From Bacteroidota bacterium (lineage in GTDB: Bacteria > Bacteroidota > Ignavibacteria > Kapaibacteriales > UBA2268), in contig JAKIZO010000004.1 of the NCBI GenBank assembly GCA_022707965.1, positions 7,157 to 71,156 on the forward strand: 64,000 bases of DNA. Direction: 5' to 3'. The notes beneath the pieces were generated by a model. It saw nothing but the letters and a program-made list of their open reading frames with translations. It was not told the DNA's origin and ran no database searches. Position 1 is the stretch's first letter. Each line of letters starts with the position of its first letter. The position numbers were made by a program, and so were the translations under genes. Below are positions 40,171 to 50,030 of this stretch, one piece after another.

Positions 40171-42354
40171 ATGGCAAATGTTCTTAAGAATTACGAAAAT
40201 CTAAAGAAAGCTCTCGAATTTGCTTCAACCGACGCTGATAACACTGGAAAAATCATTATTCAGGTCGGCTCAGCAACTTGCGAAAAGGCAGCTGGCTCTG
40301 ATGCAATTCGGGACGAATTTATCAAGCTCATTAAAGCTTCCGGTCGAGATGATATTGTTGTCAAGCAGACTGGTTGTACTGGTCGATGTTCGCAAGAACC
40401 AATCGTTGGTGTGTTTATTCCAAAACAGTTCCCTGTTAAGTATTCACAGGTGAAAGTGGAAGAAGTATTAGAAATCTTCCAAACTCACGTCCTCGGTCAG
40501 CAACCTGTTGCTAAATTTATGCTCGACAAGACGACAGACACTCTTTACAAACACATCGTAACTATATGTTCCTCAAGTCGATGCAATACTGACGATAAGT
40601 CCTGGGTTGATATTTTCAACAGACTGATCAAAGAAAAAAATCTTCCACCGACAGAAGTGAAAGTGCTTCAAGGTGGCTGTATCGGCTTGTGTACGGAAGA
40701 ACCAAGCGAAATTAATCACGGCGTTATGATGGTTTTTCCTGAGAACGTTATTTACAAATTTCATAACGAAGAAGAATTATCAAAAATCATTGATATTCAC
40801 ATAGTCGAAAAAGGGCGTGCTCGTGAATATATGGTTCATACAGACAATTTGACAGAAGTTTATTTCAAATTTTATGGTGATGTCTCTTTCTTCAATAAGC
40901 AAACAAGAATAACTTTAAGAAATTGCGGAATTATCGATCCCGAAAGCTTAACTGACTATATTCACGCACAAGGTTTTGAAGCACTTGCAAGAGTTCTCTA
41001 CAAAGGTGACCCTGAATTTGTTATAAATGAGATTATCAAGTCAGGGTTAAGAGGTCGTGGTGGTGGAGGTTTCCCAACTGGTATCAAATGGCGTAACACA
41101 CGCACAATGAATCCCGACCCGATTAAATACGTAGTTTGCAACGCCGACGAAGGTGACCCAGGTGCATTTATGGATAGAAGTGCACTCGAAGGCGACCCGT
41201 TCTCTATTATTGAAGGTATGATTATTGGCGCTTATGCTATTGGTGCCTCAAAAGGTTATGTTTATATTCGTGCTGAATATCCTCTTGCTATTCAACGTAT
41301 CGAAAATGCTATCTGGAAATGCCACAAAATGAATTTGCTTGGCAAAAATATTCTTGGTTCTGGATTTGATTTTGATATTGAGATTAGATTGGGTGCGGGT
41401 GCGTTCGTCTGTGGAGAAGAAACTGCTCTATTGCAATCAATCGAAGGAAAGCGTGGGCAACCTGTAATTAGACCGCCTTACCCATCAGTTAAAGGATTAT
41501 GGGGACATCCCACTTGCATAAATAATGTTGAAACCTGGGCTAACGTTCCTGCTATAATGCTATATGGTGCTGATTGGTTCTCTCGCATTGGAACAGAAGG
41601 AAGCAAAGGAACAAAAGTGTTTGCTCTTGCTGGCAAAGTTAAAAATACTGGGCTTATCGAAGTTCCTATGGGAACCACACTTCGTGAAATCATTTTCGAT
41701 ATAGGTGGCGGTATTCCCAATGGTCGTCAGTTGAAAGCTGTGCAAACAGGTGGTCCATCTGGCGGCTGTATCCCAATGAGTAGAATTGACACTCCTGTTG
41801 ATTACGAAACTCTTAAAAGTATCGGCTCAATGATGGGCTCCGGTGGTATGATTGTTCTTGATGATGCAGATTGTATTGTTTCTACCGCAAAATTCTTCCT
41901 TGAATTTATAAAAGATGAATCCTGTGGTAAATGTTTGCCTTGCCGTGAGGGTACTTTCAGAATGCTCGAAATTTTGGAAAAAATAACTTCCGGACACGGT
42001 GAAATGGAAGATTTGGATAAATTGGAGAGACTTGGACGAGCAATTCAGAAATCTTCTCTCTGTGGGTTAGGTATGTCTGCTCCAAATCCAGTTTTGTCTG
42101 CATTAGAATATTTTAGAGAAGAATTCGAAATTCACATCAAAGAAAAACGCTGTCCTACTCAGAGATGTTCTAAACTTATTACATACAAGATTATCCCTGA
42201 AAAATGTACCGGATGTACTCTTTGTGCAAGACGTTGCCCTGTTTCTTGTATTCGTGGATTTGCTAAAAAGCCACACGAAATTATGCAAGAGCATTGTATT
42301 AAGTGCGGTGAATGCTACAATGCTTGTAAGTTTGATGCAATAGAGAAAATTTAA
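40171..42354 (+). CDS. hydB: [FeFe]-hydrogenase NADH-binding flavoprotein subunit (NuoF-like HydB/HndC-type) with N-terminal thioredoxin-like [2Fe-2S] domain(s) and C-terminal 2x[4Fe-4S] ferredoxin domain
   Basis: 727 aa. Two NuoE-like segments (the second has a full CxxxxC...CxxxC set). NuoF core (GLRGRGGGGFPTGIKW; SLBB 4Fe-4S ESCGKCLPCREGT). Ferredoxin motifs CTGCTLCARRCP and CIKCGECYNAC. Confidence 0.85.
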   Translation: MANVLKNYENLKKALEFASTDADNTGKIIIQVGSATCEKAAGSDAIRDEFIKLIKASGRDDIVVKQTGCTGRCSQEPIVGVFIPKQFPVKYSQVKVEEVLEIFQTHVLGQQPVAKFMLDKTTDTLYKHIVTICSSSRCNTDDKSWVDIFNRLIKEKNLPPTEVKVLQGGCIGLCTEEPSEINHGVMMVFPENVIYKFHNEEELSKIIDIHIVEKGRAREYMVHTDNLTEVYFKFYGDVSFFNKQTRITLRNCGIIDPESLTDYIHAQGFEALARVLYKGDPEFVINEIIKSGLRGRGGGGFPTGIKWRNTRTMNPDPIKYVVCNADEGDPGAFMDRSALEGDPFSIIEGMIIGAYAIGASKGYVYIRAEYPLAIQRIENAIWKCHKMNLLGKNILGSGFDFDIEIRLGAGAFVCGEETALLQSIEGKRGQPVIRPPYPSVKGLWGHPTCINNVETWANVPAIMLYGADWFSRIGTEGSKGTKVFALAGKVKNTGLIEVPMGTTLREIIFDIGGGIPNGRQLKAVQTGGPSGGCIPMSRIDTPVDYETLKSIGSMMGSGGMIVLDDADCIVSTAKFFLEFIKDESCGKCLPCREGTFRMLEILEKITSGHGEMEDLDKLERLGRAIQKSSLCGLGMSAPNPVLSALEYFREEFEIHIKEKRCPTQRCSKLITYKIIPEKCTGCTLCARRCPVSCIRGFAKKPHEIMQEHCIKCGECYNACKFDAIEKI

Positions 42355-42365
42355 GGAGGAAACAA

Positions 42366-44126
42366 ATGAAATATGTAAATGCAATAATAGATGATATTCC
42401 AGTTTCCGTAGTAGAAGGCACTACTATTATGGAGGCTGCGGATAAAATTAATGCTCATATCCCGCGATTGTGTTATCATCCATTCCTTTCTACTGAGGGC
42501 GCTTGCCGTATTTGCGTAGTTGAAGTTGAGGGTGCTCGCAACTATTTACCTTCTTGCGCTACTGTTATTCAGGAAGGGATGGTAATTCGTACAAATTCAC
42601 CACAAATCCGTCAAACTCGTCGAGATTTGGTAGAATTATTATTAGATAATCATCCACGTGCTTGTTTGACTTGCGTTAGAGATGGTAATTGCGAACTTCA
42701 AAACCTTGCTTACAAGCTTGGAGTTAGAGATAGACTTTTCGCAGGTGAAAGAAAACGCCATCCAATAGAGAATTCAAGTGTTTCAGTTATCCGCGATGCT
42801 GAAAAATGTATTCTTTGTCGCCGTTGCGTACGCGTATGTTCTGAAATTCAAGGTGTGCATAACCTTAGCCAGATGCATCGTGGCTTCCGTACGGTTGTTA
42901 CTCCTGCTTTCGAAGCCCCTATGGATGATTCAGTTTGTATTAAATGTGGGCAGTGTATCAATGTTTGTCCTACGGCTGCTTTTATTGAACAAGATGCGAC
43001 TGAGATAGTATGGAAGGCTTTAGAAAACCCAGATTTACATGTAGTCGTTCAAACTGCACCGGCAATTCGTGCTGCTATAGGTGAGGGGTGGAATCTCCCA
43101 GCAGGTACTTATGTTACTGGTAAAATGGTTACGGCTCTTCGTCGCCTTGGTTTTGATGCAGTATTTGATACTGATTTTGCAGCTGACCTCACAATAATGG
43201 AAGAATCTCACGAATTAATCGAGAGAATAAAAAAAGGTGAAAATCTGCCTTTGATTACTTCCTGTTCACCTGGGTGGATTAAGTTTTTAGAACATTTCTA
43301 TCCTGAATTGATTCCAAATGCATCCTCTTGCAAATCTCCGATGCAAATGGAATCAACGCTTCTTAAAACTTACTATGCTGAAAAAATGGGTATCGATCCA
43401 GAGAAGATTTTTGTTGTTGCAATTATGCCTTGCGTTGCTAAAAAATACGAGGCCAGAAGACCAGAACATTATATGAAAGAAAATGTTCCATATACAGATG
43501 CAGTACTTACAACTCGTGAACTTATCTGGATGATTAAAGCTTATGGTATCGACTTCGTTAATCTTCCTGATAGTGATTTTGATGCTCCATTAGGTTATTC
43601 GACTGGCGCAGGGGATATCTTCGGTTCCACTGGTGGTGTGATGGAAGCTGCCCTTCGCACTGCTTATGAAAAAATCACCGGTGAAAAAATTCAGGAACTT
43701 GAATTTACAAATGTTCGTGCCATAGAAGGATTACGCGAAGCAACTATTCAAATCGGTGATTTATCATTGAATGTAGCTGTTTCTAATGGATTGAACAACG
43801 CTAAAAAGATTTTAGAGAAAATTAAGTCGGGCGAAAAGCAATATCATTTAGTCGAAATTATGGCTTGTCCAGGTGGTTGTGTTGCTGGTGGTGGTCAACC
43901 ATTAGTAAATGCAGGTGATTATGTTTATCCATTAGACTCAGAAACCGTTCGAAAACGTCAAATGGCACTTTATAGAATTGACGAAAGCAAAGAATTGAGA
44001 AAATCTCACGAAAATCCTTTCATTATTAAATTGTATGAAGAATTTTTAGGTGAACCTGGAAGCGAAAAAGCTCATCATCTTCTTCATACTACTTATGAAC
44101 CAAAATTACCAAGGGGGATTAAATAA
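42366..44126 (+). CDS. hydA: [FeFe]-hydrogenase catalytic subunit (M3-type: 2Fe-2S, His-ligated 4Fe-4S, 2x4Fe-4S, H-cluster)
   Basis: 586 aa. H-cluster motifs L1 TSCSPGW, L2 MPCVAKKYE, L3 EIMACPGGCVAGGGQP. N-terminal plant-type ferredoxin Cys pattern, HPRACLTCVRDGNCELQ, CILCRRCVRVC and CIKCGQCINVCP. Strong AAGGAGG SD. Confidence 0.9.
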   Translation: MKYVNAIIDDIPVSVVEGTTIMEAADKINAHIPRLCYHPFLSTEGACRICVVEVEGARNYLPSCATVIQEGMVIRTNSPQIRQTRRDLVELLLDNHPRACLTCVRDGNCELQNLAYKLGVRDRLFAGERKRHPIENSSVSVIRDAEKCILCRRCVRVCSEIQGVHNLSQMHRGFRTVVTPAFEAPMDDSVCIKCGQCINVCPTAAFIEQDATEIVWKALENPDLHVVVQTAPAIRAAIGEGWNLPAGTYVTGKMVTALRRLGFDAVFDTDFAADLTIMEESHELIERIKKGENLPLITSCSPGWIKFLEHFYPELIPNASSCKSPMQMESTLLKTYYAEKMGIDPEKIFVVAIMPCVAKKYEARRPEHYMKENVPYTDAVLTTRELIWMIKAYGIDFVNLPDSDFDAPLGYSTGAGDIFGSTGGVMEAALRTAYEKITGEKIQELEFTNVRAIEGLREATIQIGDLSLNVAVSNGLNNAKKILEKIKSGEKQYHLVEIMACPGGCVAGGGQPLVNAGDYVYPLDSETVRKRQMALYRIDESKELRKSHENPFIIKLYEEFLGEPGSEKAHHLLHTTYEPKLPRGIK

Positions 44127-44635
44127 TGGAACAACCAATTTATACATTAGATCAGGATATTCAGGATTTCATTGCAAATTGCCTGAATTTAGAACATCCC
44201 GAAAGTTATCTGATTGCTGCTCTGCATAAAGTGCAAGAACGTTACGGTTATCTCTCTGAAAAACATATGGACGAAGTTGCACACCTCTTGCAAGTTCCTA
44301 CTTCTACTGTTTATGGTGTTGCTACTTTCTATCATTTCTTCAAGCTCAAACCTGCCGGTAAATATAAAATTTCAATTTGCTTAGGTACTGCTTGCTTTGT
44401 GAAAGGTGCAGATTTAGTCCTTGATGCTTTCAAAACCGAGCTTGGATGTGGAGTTGGAGAAACAACCGCTGATGGTATGTTCTCTATTGAAGGAACCCGT
44501 TGTCTTGGTGTTTGTGCATTAGCGCCGGTAGTAACAATTAATGAACAAGTCTTTGGTAATGTGAAACCTACACAGGTTACAGAAATTCTGCATAAAATGA
44601 AAGAAGCCAAGCCAACTGGTGCAAAAACTTATTAA
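44126..44635 (+). CDS. hydC: [FeFe]-hydrogenase NuoE-like thioredoxin-fold [2Fe-2S] subunit (HydC/HndA-type)
   Basis: 169 aa. Cys pattern CLGTACFVKG...CLGVCALAP typical of NuoE/HoxE. The start overlaps the hydA stop (TAATG). Confidence 0.85.
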   Translation: MEQPIYTLDQDIQDFIANCLNLEHPESYLIAALHKVQERYGYLSEKHMDEVAHLLQVPTSTVYGVATFYHFFKLKPAGKYKISICLGTACFVKGADLVLDAFKTELGCGVGETTADGMFSIEGTRCLGVCALAPVVTINEQVFGNVKPTQVTEILHKMKEAKPTGAKTY

Positions 44636-44656
44636 TTAATATTTTGAGTAATGAAG

Positions 44657-44688
44657 CGAGCCACTGATTTTAAGTGGCTCGTTTTTTA
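44657..44688 (+). terminator. terminator hairpin after the hydrogenase operon (CGAGCCACT / AGTGGCTCG, then TTTTTT)
   Basis: 9-bp perfect stem with a 7-nt loop and a T6 run. Confidence 0.55.
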
Positions 44689-44752
44689 TTCTTGTTTTTC
44701 AGTAAGGCTTTTTTTTATAAATTGAATTTTTTATTAGTGGCAAGTTGAAAAA

Positions 44753-45586
44753 ATGATTGATGTAAATTCTTCTATTGGTGTTTTCGATTCAGGTATTGGA
44801 GGACTTACAGTTCTCAGGCAACTCATTCGCTTTATGCCCGATGAACACTATATTTATCTTGGAGATACTGCTCGCGTTCCTTATGGAAATAAATCACAAT
44901 CGATTGTTCGCACTTATGCTGAGCAATTCACTCGCTTTTTAATTGCAAAAAATGTAAAATTAATTGTTGTAGCTTGCAATACTGTTTCTTCTGTCGCCCT
45001 GGATACAGTAAGAAAAATTGCAGGAGATATTGAAGTTATCGGTATGATTGAACATACTTCTTATGCAGCATTGCGAACAACTTTGAATAATAAAATTGGT
45101 ATTATTGGCACTCGCGCTACTATCAATAGCAATGCTTACGTAGATGGTATTAAGTCAATTCCTGGTGGAGAAAATATCAAAATCATTTCACAGGCTTGTC
45201 CTCTTTTTGTTCCAATCGTTGAGGAAGGATTAGTAAATCATCAAATTGCATATCTTGCCGCTCAAGAATATTTATCAAATTTGTTAAATGAAAATGTTGA
45301 TACTATCGTTCTTGGCTGCACTCATTATCCTTTGTTGTCGCGTGTTATTTCCGAAATTATTCCCGGGGCTACTTTAATTGATTGCGGAGAACACTCATCA
45401 GTCGCAGCATTGAGAATTTTAGCAGAGAAAAATCTATTGCGTAAGCAATCTGCATCTGTAAATCAAAAGCCTGAAATTGATTTCTATGTTACAGATATTC
45501 CCTCTGTTTTCTACGAGCAAGCTCAACGATTTTTGGGATTTCCTATTGATACACCTAAAACTATTGATTTCAAGGATTTAGTTTAA
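44753..45586 (+). CDS. murI: glutamate racemase
   Basis: 277 aa. IGVFDSGIGGLTV, the catalytic Cys regions (VVACNTVS; GCTHYP). Confidence 0.9.
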   Translation: MIDVNSSIGVFDSGIGGLTVLRQLIRFMPDEHYIYLGDTARVPYGNKSQSIVRTYAEQFTRFLIAKNVKLIVVACNTVSSVALDTVRKIAGDIEVIGMIEHTSYAALRTTLNNKIGIIGTRATINSNAYVDGIKSIPGGENIKIISQACPLFVPIVEEGLVNHQIAYLAAQEYLSNLLNENVDTIVLGCTHYPLLSRVISEIIPGATLIDCGEHSSVAALRILAEKNLLRKQSASVNQKPEIDFYVTDIPSVFYEQAQRFLGFPIDTPKTIDFKDLV

Positions 45587-46750
45587 ATGGAAAAATTAAT
45601 CTTAAAGAAAGATGCTGACAATAGAATAAGACACGGACATCCCTGGATTTTTAGCAACGAAATTGTTCAGCACATTGATTGTGAAGATGGGGAAATCGTA
45701 GAAATCTTATCCTCAACTGGCAAGTCTTACGGATTAGCATTTTATAATTCACATAGTTTAGTGGCTGGTCGTTTGTTGTATTGCGAGAAATTTGATTATT
45801 CTCTAATTTGTGAAAGAATTCGACGCTCGCTTGAATATCGTAAATTTCTATTTCCCGATGAAAATTCATATAGAGTTGTTTTTGGGGAATCTGATTTACT
45901 ACCCGGGCTTATTGTCGATAAATATTCAAATTATCTATCTGTTCAATTTCTATCTGCTGGTGTGGATAAAATAAAAGAAACAATAATTAATGCGTTATTA
46001 GAAGCTATTCCTGATATCGAAGGTATTATCGAAAAGGATATTTCAACTCACAGAAAATCTGAAAATTTACCCGAAGTCGAAACTGTTCTTTATGGCACAA
46101 TTGCTGATAAAACTCGTTTTAGCGAAAATAGTATTCTTTTCGATGTTTCTCTCAAAGAAGGTCAAAAAACCGGTTATTTCTTAGACCAGAAAATTAATCG
46201 CAAATTTCTTCAAAGTATTGCAAAAGGAAAAACTGTACTTGACTGTTTTTGCAACCAGGGTGGGTTTGCACTCAATGCAGCCAAATCTGGTGCTACCCAC
46301 GTATTAGGCGTTGATATTTCGCAATCAGCTGTTGATACATCTCAGCATAATGCAAAGATAAACAACTTTAATAATGTAGATTTTATCAAAGATGATGTTT
46401 TCGATTTTTTGGAAAATGAAAATTCAACAGGGAACAAATGGGACATTATTGTTCTCGATCCACCTGCCTTTACAAAAAATCGCAAAACTCTACCAAAAGC
46501 AAAAGCTGGGTATGCCAAAATCAATCGTTTAGCATTGAAACTGCTTAATAAAAACGGTTTTATAGTTACATCTTCTTGTTCTCACCACCTGAAAGAACAG
46601 GATTTTTTTGATATTATTCAACGCGAAGCATCAAAGCAAAATGTTAAATTAAGGCTTGTTTATCGAGGAATGCAATCGCCAGACCATCCAATTCTTGTTT
46701 CTATGCCAGAAACCCAATACCTCAAATTCTTTATTTTTCAATTGATTTAA
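45587..46750 (+). CDS. rlmI: 23S rRNA (cytosine-C5) methyltransferase RlmI/YccW-like (PUA + class I SAM methyltransferase)
   Basis: 387 aa. N-terminal PUA (RIRHGHPWIF), a SAM-binding fold (VLDCFCNQGGFAL) and motif IV DIIVLDPPAF. It starts 1 nt after murI. Confidence 0.8.
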   Translation: MEKLILKKDADNRIRHGHPWIFSNEIVQHIDCEDGEIVEILSSTGKSYGLAFYNSHSLVAGRLLYCEKFDYSLICERIRRSLEYRKFLFPDENSYRVVFGESDLLPGLIVDKYSNYLSVQFLSAGVDKIKETIINALLEAIPDIEGIIEKDISTHRKSENLPEVETVLYGTIADKTRFSENSILFDVSLKEGQKTGYFLDQKINRKFLQSIAKGKTVLDCFCNQGGFALNAAKSGATHVLGVDISQSAVDTSQHNAKINNFNNVDFIKDDVFDFLENENSTGNKWDIIVLDPPAFTKNRKTLPKAKAGYAKINRLALKLLNKNGFIVTSSCSHHLKEQDFFDIIQREASKQNVKLRLVYRGMQSPDHPILVSMPETQYLKFFIFQLI

Positions 46751-46861
46751 CGTTTTTCGACATTATCAAAAACAAAAAAATTAATCTAAACTAAAATAAT
46801 ATTTCAAAAAAATACTCTATATAGTTTGTGTAATGTTGCGAAACACAAAAAGGAAATATTT

Positions 46862-48997
46862 ATGGCAAAGAATGTGAAAAAAAATACAGTGGAAAAAACA
46901 GACTTCAAGCCTGTCAAACCCGGGCTTAGAAAAGTAATAATCAATGGTAAAGAAACAACAGTTGAAATAACTTGCAAATTTGATATTTCTGGCTTTGATA
47001 GAGACACAATACTCAAATGGTATAGAATTATTAATTTAGGTAGGCAGTTGGACGATAAAGCTGCATTATACCTGAAAATGGCAAAAGGATGGTCATATCA
47101 CGCTCCTTTTGGTGGACACGATGGAATTCAACTTGCTATTGGTCTGTCTTTTCGTCAGAACAAAGATTTTCTATTCCCTTATTATCGAGATATGCTCACT
47201 TCTCTTGCTGCGGGAATTACTCCCGAAGAAATTATTCTGAATGGTCTTAGCAAAGAGACGGATGTTGCCGGTGGCGGAAGGCATATGAGTAATCATTTCG
47301 CTAAACCCTCTATTAGAATTCAGAATGTTTCTTCTTGCACTGGAAATCACGCTTTGCACGCAGCAGGTGTTGCTCGTGCTATTAAAAAACTTGGCTCAGA
47401 TGAAGTTGCAATTTGCTCAAATGGCGAATCCGCTTGCTCCGAAGGCTACTACTGGGAAGCTATCAACGTTGCTACTTTGGAGAAATTACCCGTTGTTTTT
47501 GTTATTCAGAACAATAAGTATGGAATTTCTGTGCCATTGGTTGATCAAACTGCAAATCAAGTTGTTTCTGAAAACTACAAAGGAATGAAGGACCTATTAA
47601 TTATCAATTGCGATGGTCGCGACCCATTTGATTCTTACCGTGCTATGCAAAAAGCAATTGAATATGCGAAATCCGGTGCTGGACCGGCAATGGTTCACGC
47701 TGATTGCGATAGAATTGGTTCCCATTCAAACTCTGATAGGCACGAAGCATATCGTTCTGAGGAAGAACTTGTAACTGTTCGTCGCCGAGATCCAATGTTG
47801 CAATTAAGAACCTTTATCATTGAAAGCGGAATTGCTACTGAGGATGAAATTGTTAAGATTGAGGAAGCAAATAAAAAAGAAGTCTTCGACGCTGCCGACA
47901 AAGCCGAAGCTGCTCCCAACGCAAACGGTAAATCATTCGATCAATTTGTGTTGCCTGAGCCATTTTTCAAATATGAATTAAATGTTGAGGATTTTATAGA
48001 TACTTCATCAAATCAAGTGAGTTTTCTCGAAGCAATAAACCTAACATTGAAAGAAGAATTTCGCCGTAACCCTAAAACTTTTCTTTGGGGGCAGGATGTT
48101 AGTAAAGGTGGAGTATTCAACGTAGTTAAAGGTATGCCACAGGAATTTGGAAAAGAACGCGTATTCAATGCACCTATTGCAGAAGATTGCATCGTTGGGA
48201 CAGCAAATGGTTTCTGTCGATTTGATAAAGAGGCGCGTGTTGTTGTCGAAGGTGCTGAATTTGCAGATTATTTCTGGCCTGCTATGGAGCAATTAGTCGA
48301 ATGCTCGCACGATTATTGGAGAACTAAGGGACAATTTTCACCAAATATTGTAATTCGATTGGCAAGTGGAGGGTATATCCAAGGTGGATTATACCACTCA
48401 CAAAATTTGGAAGCTGTATTTACAACTTTACCTGGAATTCGAGTTGTTTGCCCGTCCTTTGCCGATGATGCTGCGGGTTTGCTTCGTAATGCAATACGCT
48501 CAGAAGGTGTTACTCTTTTCCTTGAACCAAAGTTTTTATATAACTATAAAGGTGCTTATGCGCATTTCCCGAATGAGAACTATTTCGTTCCTTTTGGTAA
48601 AGCAAGAATAGTGAAAAGCGGTACTTCTCTGACAATTGTTACGTATGGAAATGCAACCCACGTTACTCTCAATGCTCTGAAAGAACTCGAAAAGAACTAT
48701 ATTTCACCCGAAATTATTGATTTGCGCTCTTTGGCACCCTGGGATAAAGAAACTGTATTCAAATCTGTTGAAAAAACGGGCAGGGCGCTTGTTGTTCACG
48801 AAGATAAAGTATTCGGTGGGTTTGGTGGCGAAATCGCATCGACCATTTCTGATGAAATGTTTAAGTTTTTAGATGCTCCCGTAAGAAGAATAGGCTCTAA
48901 GAATACACCAGTTGGTTTTGCTAAATCTTATGAAAATGAAATTTTATTGAGTGTGAAAGACGTAATAGATGCAGCTACTTCTTTGATGAAATATTAG
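46862..48997 (+). CDS. thiamine-diphosphate-dependent 2-oxoacid dehydrogenase E1 component, fused alpha-beta subunits
   Basis: 712 aa from MAKNVKK. The N-terminal half has a TPP-binding alpha-like fold. The C-terminal half has transketolase-like pyrimidine-binding and C-terminal domains typical of E1 beta. No E2 or E3 gene is adjacent. Confidence 0.85.
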   Translation: MAKNVKKNTVEKTDFKPVKPGLRKVIINGKETTVEITCKFDISGFDRDTILKWYRIINLGRQLDDKAALYLKMAKGWSYHAPFGGHDGIQLAIGLSFRQNKDFLFPYYRDMLTSLAAGITPEEIILNGLSKETDVAGGGRHMSNHFAKPSIRIQNVSSCTGNHALHAAGVARAIKKLGSDEVAICSNGESACSEGYYWEAINVATLEKLPVVFVIQNNKYGISVPLVDQTANQVVSENYKGMKDLLIINCDGRDPFDSYRAMQKAIEYAKSGAGPAMVHADCDRIGSHSNSDRHEAYRSEEELVTVRRRDPMLQLRTFIIESGIATEDEIVKIEEANKKEVFDAADKAEAAPNANGKSFDQFVLPEPFFKYELNVEDFIDTSSNQVSFLEAINLTLKEEFRRNPKTFLWGQDVSKGGVFNVVKGMPQEFGKERVFNAPIAEDCIVGTANGFCRFDKEARVVVEGAEFADYFWPAMEQLVECSHDYWRTKGQFSPNIVIRLASGGYIQGGLYHSQNLEAVFTTLPGIRVVCPSFADDAAGLLRNAIRSEGVTLFLEPKFLYNYKGAYAHFPNENYFVPFGKARIVKSGTSLTIVTYGNATHVTLNALKELEKNYISPEIIDLRSLAPWDKETVFKSVEKTGRALVVHEDKVFGGFGGEIASTISDEMFKFLDAPVRRIGSKNTPVGFAKSYENEILLSVKDVIDAATSLMKY

Positions 48998-49030
48998 TTG
49001 CTTCTTTTTTTGGTAGTTATACGTATTAAT

Positions 49031-49070
49031 AAAATCGAATGAACTGTCTATACAGTCATTCGATTTTTTT
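49031..49070. terminator. bidirectional terminator between the convergent E1 gene and the radical SAM operon (14-bp AATCGAATGA(A)CTGT / ACAGTCATTCGATT stem + TTTTTTT)
   Basis: Long inverted repeat with a single-nt bulge, flanked by A4 upstream and T7 downstream. Confidence 0.55.
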
Positions 49071-49082
49071 GAAATTCTGTAT

Positions 49083-50030
49083 TTATGAACTTTCGTTTGT
49101 GAAAATCAGTTGGTATGTATATGCATCATCAAATTTTTGGCGCATTTTCAAAAAATTAGTTATATATTGTCCGCAATTGCTGCCAATCTTATTTTCTTCC
49201 ATTTCTCCAATGCTTAATATAACATCATATCCTAATGCTTCAAGCTGTCTAACTAAATTGAGAACATTTGAATTTGAAAAGACTTCTGAAACAATGTTGT
49301 TGTTCTTTGAAGCAGCGGTTGGATTGACAGGTGTTAATTTGATTAAAAATATTTCTGGACTAAAATACTTACTAATAATATTTACATCAACTTCGGCATC
49401 TTTAAATAAAGCAAAATTCAGTGTTATTTTCCTATTATTTCCACTATAAAAATTTTCACCGTATTTTGCTATTTCTTCAAAATTCATTTTTTTGACAGGT
49501 ATTATTTTGTCTCTTTGAGCATAACTTGTAGAATGTATTGAAAATTGTAACTGAAATGTATCATCATATTTTCTTTTCTTTATATTAAGCAACCTTGCAA
49601 AAAAATTATCTCTTCCAATTGGTGCAACAGTTGATAGGGAAGGGATGAAGTTCCTCGCTTTGAAATGTTGGTCAAATTCTTCCAGGACGTTGAGAACGTT
49701 TTCGTTTAATGTTGGTTCGCCCATTCTCGAAAATTGTATTTTAAATTTATCAATGTTTATTTCACGTCTTGGAAAGCGTTTTGCAACCATATAATCAATT
49801 TGTTGAAGAATCTCGTGTTTGGATAATTTACCAAAATATTGCCAACCCGAATCGCAAAACTTACATCCAATTGGGCAACCAAATAGTGTTGATACAATCA
49901 ATACCCATTTTTTTTCTCTTGGGATAGGTGGCTGAGTTGATTCTACAAACTCTAAATATTTACCTTGTCCGAATTCTGCTATATATACAGTTGCTATGTC
50001 TGATTTTTCTGTTTCTGCTATTACTCTCAT
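49083..50030 (-). CDS. radical SAM protein, RlmN/Cfr-like core lacking the N-terminal RNA-binding domain and the Cys118 equivalent
   Basis: 315 aa. Cluster motif GCPIGCKFC (RlmN GCALECKFC), RMGEPTLN (RlmN MGMGEPLLN), LSTVAPIG (LSTSGVVP), FSIHS (ISLHA) and C-terminal GSNCGQY (AACGQL, the mCys355 position). Only 38 aa precede the cluster motif, and Ile sits at the Cys118-aligned position. Confidence 0.65.
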   Translation of the reverse strand: MRVIAETEKSDIATVYIAEFGQGKYLEFVESTQPPIPREKKWVLIVSTLFGCPIGCKFCDSGWQYFGKLSKHEILQQIDYMVAKRFPRREINIDKFKIQFSRMGEPTLNENVLNVLEEFDQHFKARNFIPSLSTVAPIGRDNFFARLLNIKKRKYDDTFQLQFSIHSTSYAQRDKIIPVKKMNFEEIAKYGENFYSGNNRKITLNFALFKDAEVDVNIISKYFSPEIFLIKLTPVNPTAASKNNNIVSEVFSNSNVLNLVRQLEALGYDVILSIGEMEENKIGSNCGQYITNFLKMRQKFDDAYTYQLIFTNESS

